Translations under genes and position numbers: made by a program
Notes under the pieces: model-generated
Seen by the model: the letters and a program-made list of their open reading frames with translations, nothing else
What the model was told of the DNA's origin: nothing
Databases searched by the model: none
Assembly (NCBI GenBank): GCA_002269645.1
Contig: NIVC01004071.1
Span: 1-61,788, forward strand
Direction: 5' to 3'
Length of the DNA: 61,788 nucleotides
DNA from: Macrostomum lignano
Taxonomy: Eukaryota
Part shown: positions 39,301 to 61,788 of the stretch, in pieces
Position numbering within the stretch: the stretch's first letter is position 1
How the letters are laid out: each line of letters starts with the position of its first letter

Positions 39301-39736
39301 ATTTGTTAGATCGAATTTGATTAGAAAGCTGTATGGCTAAGAAATGATTAGAGAGCAGCGCCGAGTTAGCAAGTTCGAAGCGGCACACTGCATAGCAACA
39401 GGCACAATTGCCTTAGCAACGAATCGAGGCTACATTAGCTACCTGAACTTTCTTGAGCGCCACAACCCTGCCATCAACAATGCAGTGAGCTTTGTACACA
39501 ACCGAGAACTGGCCCTTCCCTATGCGCTTCTCAATCTGCAGGTTGGCCAGCGCGGAGTAGGGGTTCTCTTGGGGCAGCTGCACTGGATAGCTGAAGTCTG
39601 CATCATAGGCAGCAGCTGCCGCCGGCACATGAGGAGCAGCAAGTGCAGTATAGTACAGAGTGCCCTGCTGTGGCTGCTGCTGCTGTTGAAGAAAAGCCTC
39701 GCCAATGTTATAGCGATAGTCCTGCTGACCGTCCAT
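33344..39736 (-). CDS. NEK7: Serine/threonine kinase NEK6/7-like with two alternative first exons
   Basis: Exons 1a 39443-39736 or 1b 39001-39162, then 36578-36640, 36296-36406, 35442-35550, 35043-35150, 34443-34651 and 33344-33457, all in phase. GKGQFS, VALKK, HRDIKPAN, DLG (typical of NEK6/7), GTPYYMSPE and SDLWSLG motifs; 291 aa with exon 1b. Confidence 0.95.
33655..34210. repeat. Polypurine GA-rich low-complexity tract
   Basis: (GAGAG/GGAGA)-type repeats in the last NEK intron. Confidence 0.95.
34688..35023. repeat. 21-bp minisatellite, ~16 copies
   Basis: Unit CCCGACTCCTGACCCAACAGT. Confidence 0.95.
35705..36283. repeat. 59-bp minisatellite, ~9-10 copies
   Basis: Period 59 (GGAGTCCGTGAGG at 35803 and 35862); each unit carries an AGTGAAA/TTTCACT stem. 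Confidence 0.92.
36892..38942. repeat. 44-bp minisatellite, ~46 copies, highly homogeneous
   Basis: Unit GGGAAGTGAGGGTCAAGCCGGAGCTAGAGATCAGATCCCAATAT. Confidence 0.97.
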
Positions 39737-42060
39737 TGTATGCTCTGTGTGCAGCCTACAGACTGTCAGTTGTCTAGCAAATCAGGTTGGCATGGCAACC
39801 AATGTTACAGTGATGACCCCAGATTTCATTACTGACTTAATTATGATCTTTTTGAAGAAAAGTAGAAAAAGTAGAAGAAAAGCATTATATGTTAACAAAA
39901 GCTCCTATAATAAAGCATTCCTACTAGAAATTAATGTTTAAAACCTATAGAATTTTGCTACTAAATCTCAAGAATTACCAGCTTATAAGTCTTAATAAAC
40001 ATTAGCCTATTGCTTTGCTAAAAAATTGTCACTAAACATTTGCTAAAAAAACTAAGAGCATGCTAATTTTTCTAGATACCTGCATATTTACAAAATATCA
40101 CTTATTTTAACAAAATTGTTTGACTTTATATAAAGTAATAGTTTCTATTAGACCATCTTAGAAGGAACATGTTTCTTAAATCTTGATTTTTCCTTAACAT
40201 TTCTAATTAGCTTCAATTTTATTTTATCACTTTATTGACAATTAATAAGTCAATAGAAATATATTATTTTTTATTATTCAAGCAATATAGCTTAATTATA
40301 GTTGTTAAAAAATAAGAGTAAAATTAACATAAAATAAACTAAAAATCTGATTTCTTTAACAGTAACAAAGATTTTCTTTGATTAATTAATATTCTATAGA
40401 TCACATTATACTTATCTAAATAAATACATTAGGGTAGAAATTATTTTTGTAATGAGAACAATAACTTTGACTTAAGATAGCTTTGAGCAAAAATTAAAAT
40501 TAAATTAAAATTATTCTAAAAGTACTATATTTCTTGTTAAAGGTTGCAAATACTTTTAAAACAGAAATAAAACATTAGAAAGCAATCAAAATATGGTCAC
40601 AGTCACATAACTATAACTATTTATTAGTTGAAAATTGATTGGATTACTTTATTATTGAACTTTAAAATGAAGGTTAAAAAACAATGTTAAGAAATATCTT
40701 TATGTTTTTTAGGCCTAGCCTTACGCTAAAAGGCTTAGTCTAAGATAGGCCTAGCAAAGCCTGTCTACAACAGCAATAATGCTTACTAAGCTTATAATTG
40801 TAGGGTAGGCAAGCTGCTGCTGGCAACAGTGGCAAGGGGCAAGGGCCAAGGCTTTTAGTTTGGGCAAGGGCAGGAGCATGGTACAAGCTAATTAATACAT
40901 GTACAGTATCCTTATAGCACGTTAATTTTTAACATTACATTTAAAACATTAATTTTGCTCGTCTATTAACGTTATATACACAAAATTACTAAATATTTAA
41001 TGATGTAGGTATGGTTAAACTGGTAATAAAAACGGCATTCTTAAGCAATCTAAATTTTTCTGCTCTAGCTTTTCTTCGAACTGTCCTGTGGCAATGGTGT
41101 AAGAAAGGGCCTGCAATTTTAGACAAGAAATTTAGATTTAGCTTGCTAATAAAAAATTAATTTTCTGCTTTTTAGAAAGCGACGTCTAGTGAATTAGATT
41201 TAATACTACGTTTGTTTAAATTTTCGCTTCTTTGCTTTACGGAGTAGGCTACAGATCGATAGATGTGTTGTTGCTTTTCAGTTGGGGACCATTGTATTGT
41301 TATATACAGTGGTCCTTGCTCACTTGCTCAGTGTTATATACAGTGGTCCTTGCTCAGTCACTTGCTCAGTGTTATGTACAGTAGGTCCTTGTGACTGAGC
41401 ACTTAGAAAGGCATTGCAAGAATTTGTCAACTATGTAAAACGGATTAGAGATATAGATGCATTATGTGGGTAGCATTTTTCCATTCAAAATTTATTACAC
41501 GTCCAAGCTTAGTGAGTTGTTCATGGGGTTGGGGACCATGCACAGCTCATTGATAATTTTCTTGTCTCTTCACTTGTGATGTCTGTGTTGTGGTGGCCGG
41601 GCCTAGCTGATTGCCCTAGAATCTGGTGGTAAAGTACATGTACAAGCCCAATATGCAGATAGCCCTTAATGTTACATGTGTACGAGATATGTACATGTAA
41701 ATATGATGCGCTAACTATTTTCGATCCGCACACAATTCCATTTTTGAGCTGCATGTTACAACTGTATACATTTTCTGAAATCAATAGTCTCCTATAAGTG
41801 TCCTTCAACGTCAATTTTTCGCTTATAGTCAATCGTGCTGCAGGTCCTGTCCCACTGGGAATTTAAATGTTCTATCAAGGACCAATAGCAGTATATAATT
41901 ATGGTTAATAGTACGAAGCAAGAACTGTTTCTTTGATAAGTGCAGGCCGTTTAATTACTACATCGATAAAACACTGCCTCTTTGGGAGGCTAAACTACAA
42001 TTTGGATTTTTTTAGTTCAGAGCAGCTTGACTGTCTCATTTCGGTGTGCGATTATAGGCA

Positions 42061-61788
<19,728 letters not shown>

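Overview
Eukaryotic (metazoan) genomic window. GC3-rich exons with GT-AG introns are packed with intron-specific minisatellites, roughly 15 kb of tandem repeat by my coordinate sums. This style resembles a Macrostomum-like flatworm (inference, not verified). Genes reconstructed by hand: FUBP/KHSRP-like KH protein (+, broken by indels), AGPAT1/2-like acyltransferase (-), alpha-tubulin (+, ATG-only first exon), a decayed Rho-GTPase remnant (-), a broken probable AP5B1-like gene (-), EEIG1/FAM102-like NT-C2 protein (-), NEK6/7 kinase (-), and an AMPA-type ionotropic glutamate receptor (-, runs off the right edge). Mobile DNA: two young Ty3/Gypsy LTR elements with apparently identical LTRs inside iGluR introns, a 5'-truncated RTE LINE, a tRNA-derived SINE and several MITE/foldback elements. 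Strongest observations: (1) a ~25-copy 41-bp minisatellite made of an iGluR exon end plus its 5' splice site; (2) two alternative NEK6/7 first exons, each encoding its own Gly-loop and catalytic Lys; (3) an intron-bearing Rho remnant; (4) an LTR insertion whose empty site survives in an adjacent higher-order repeat copy. All alignments and counts were done by eye. Some frameshifts may be assembly errors.
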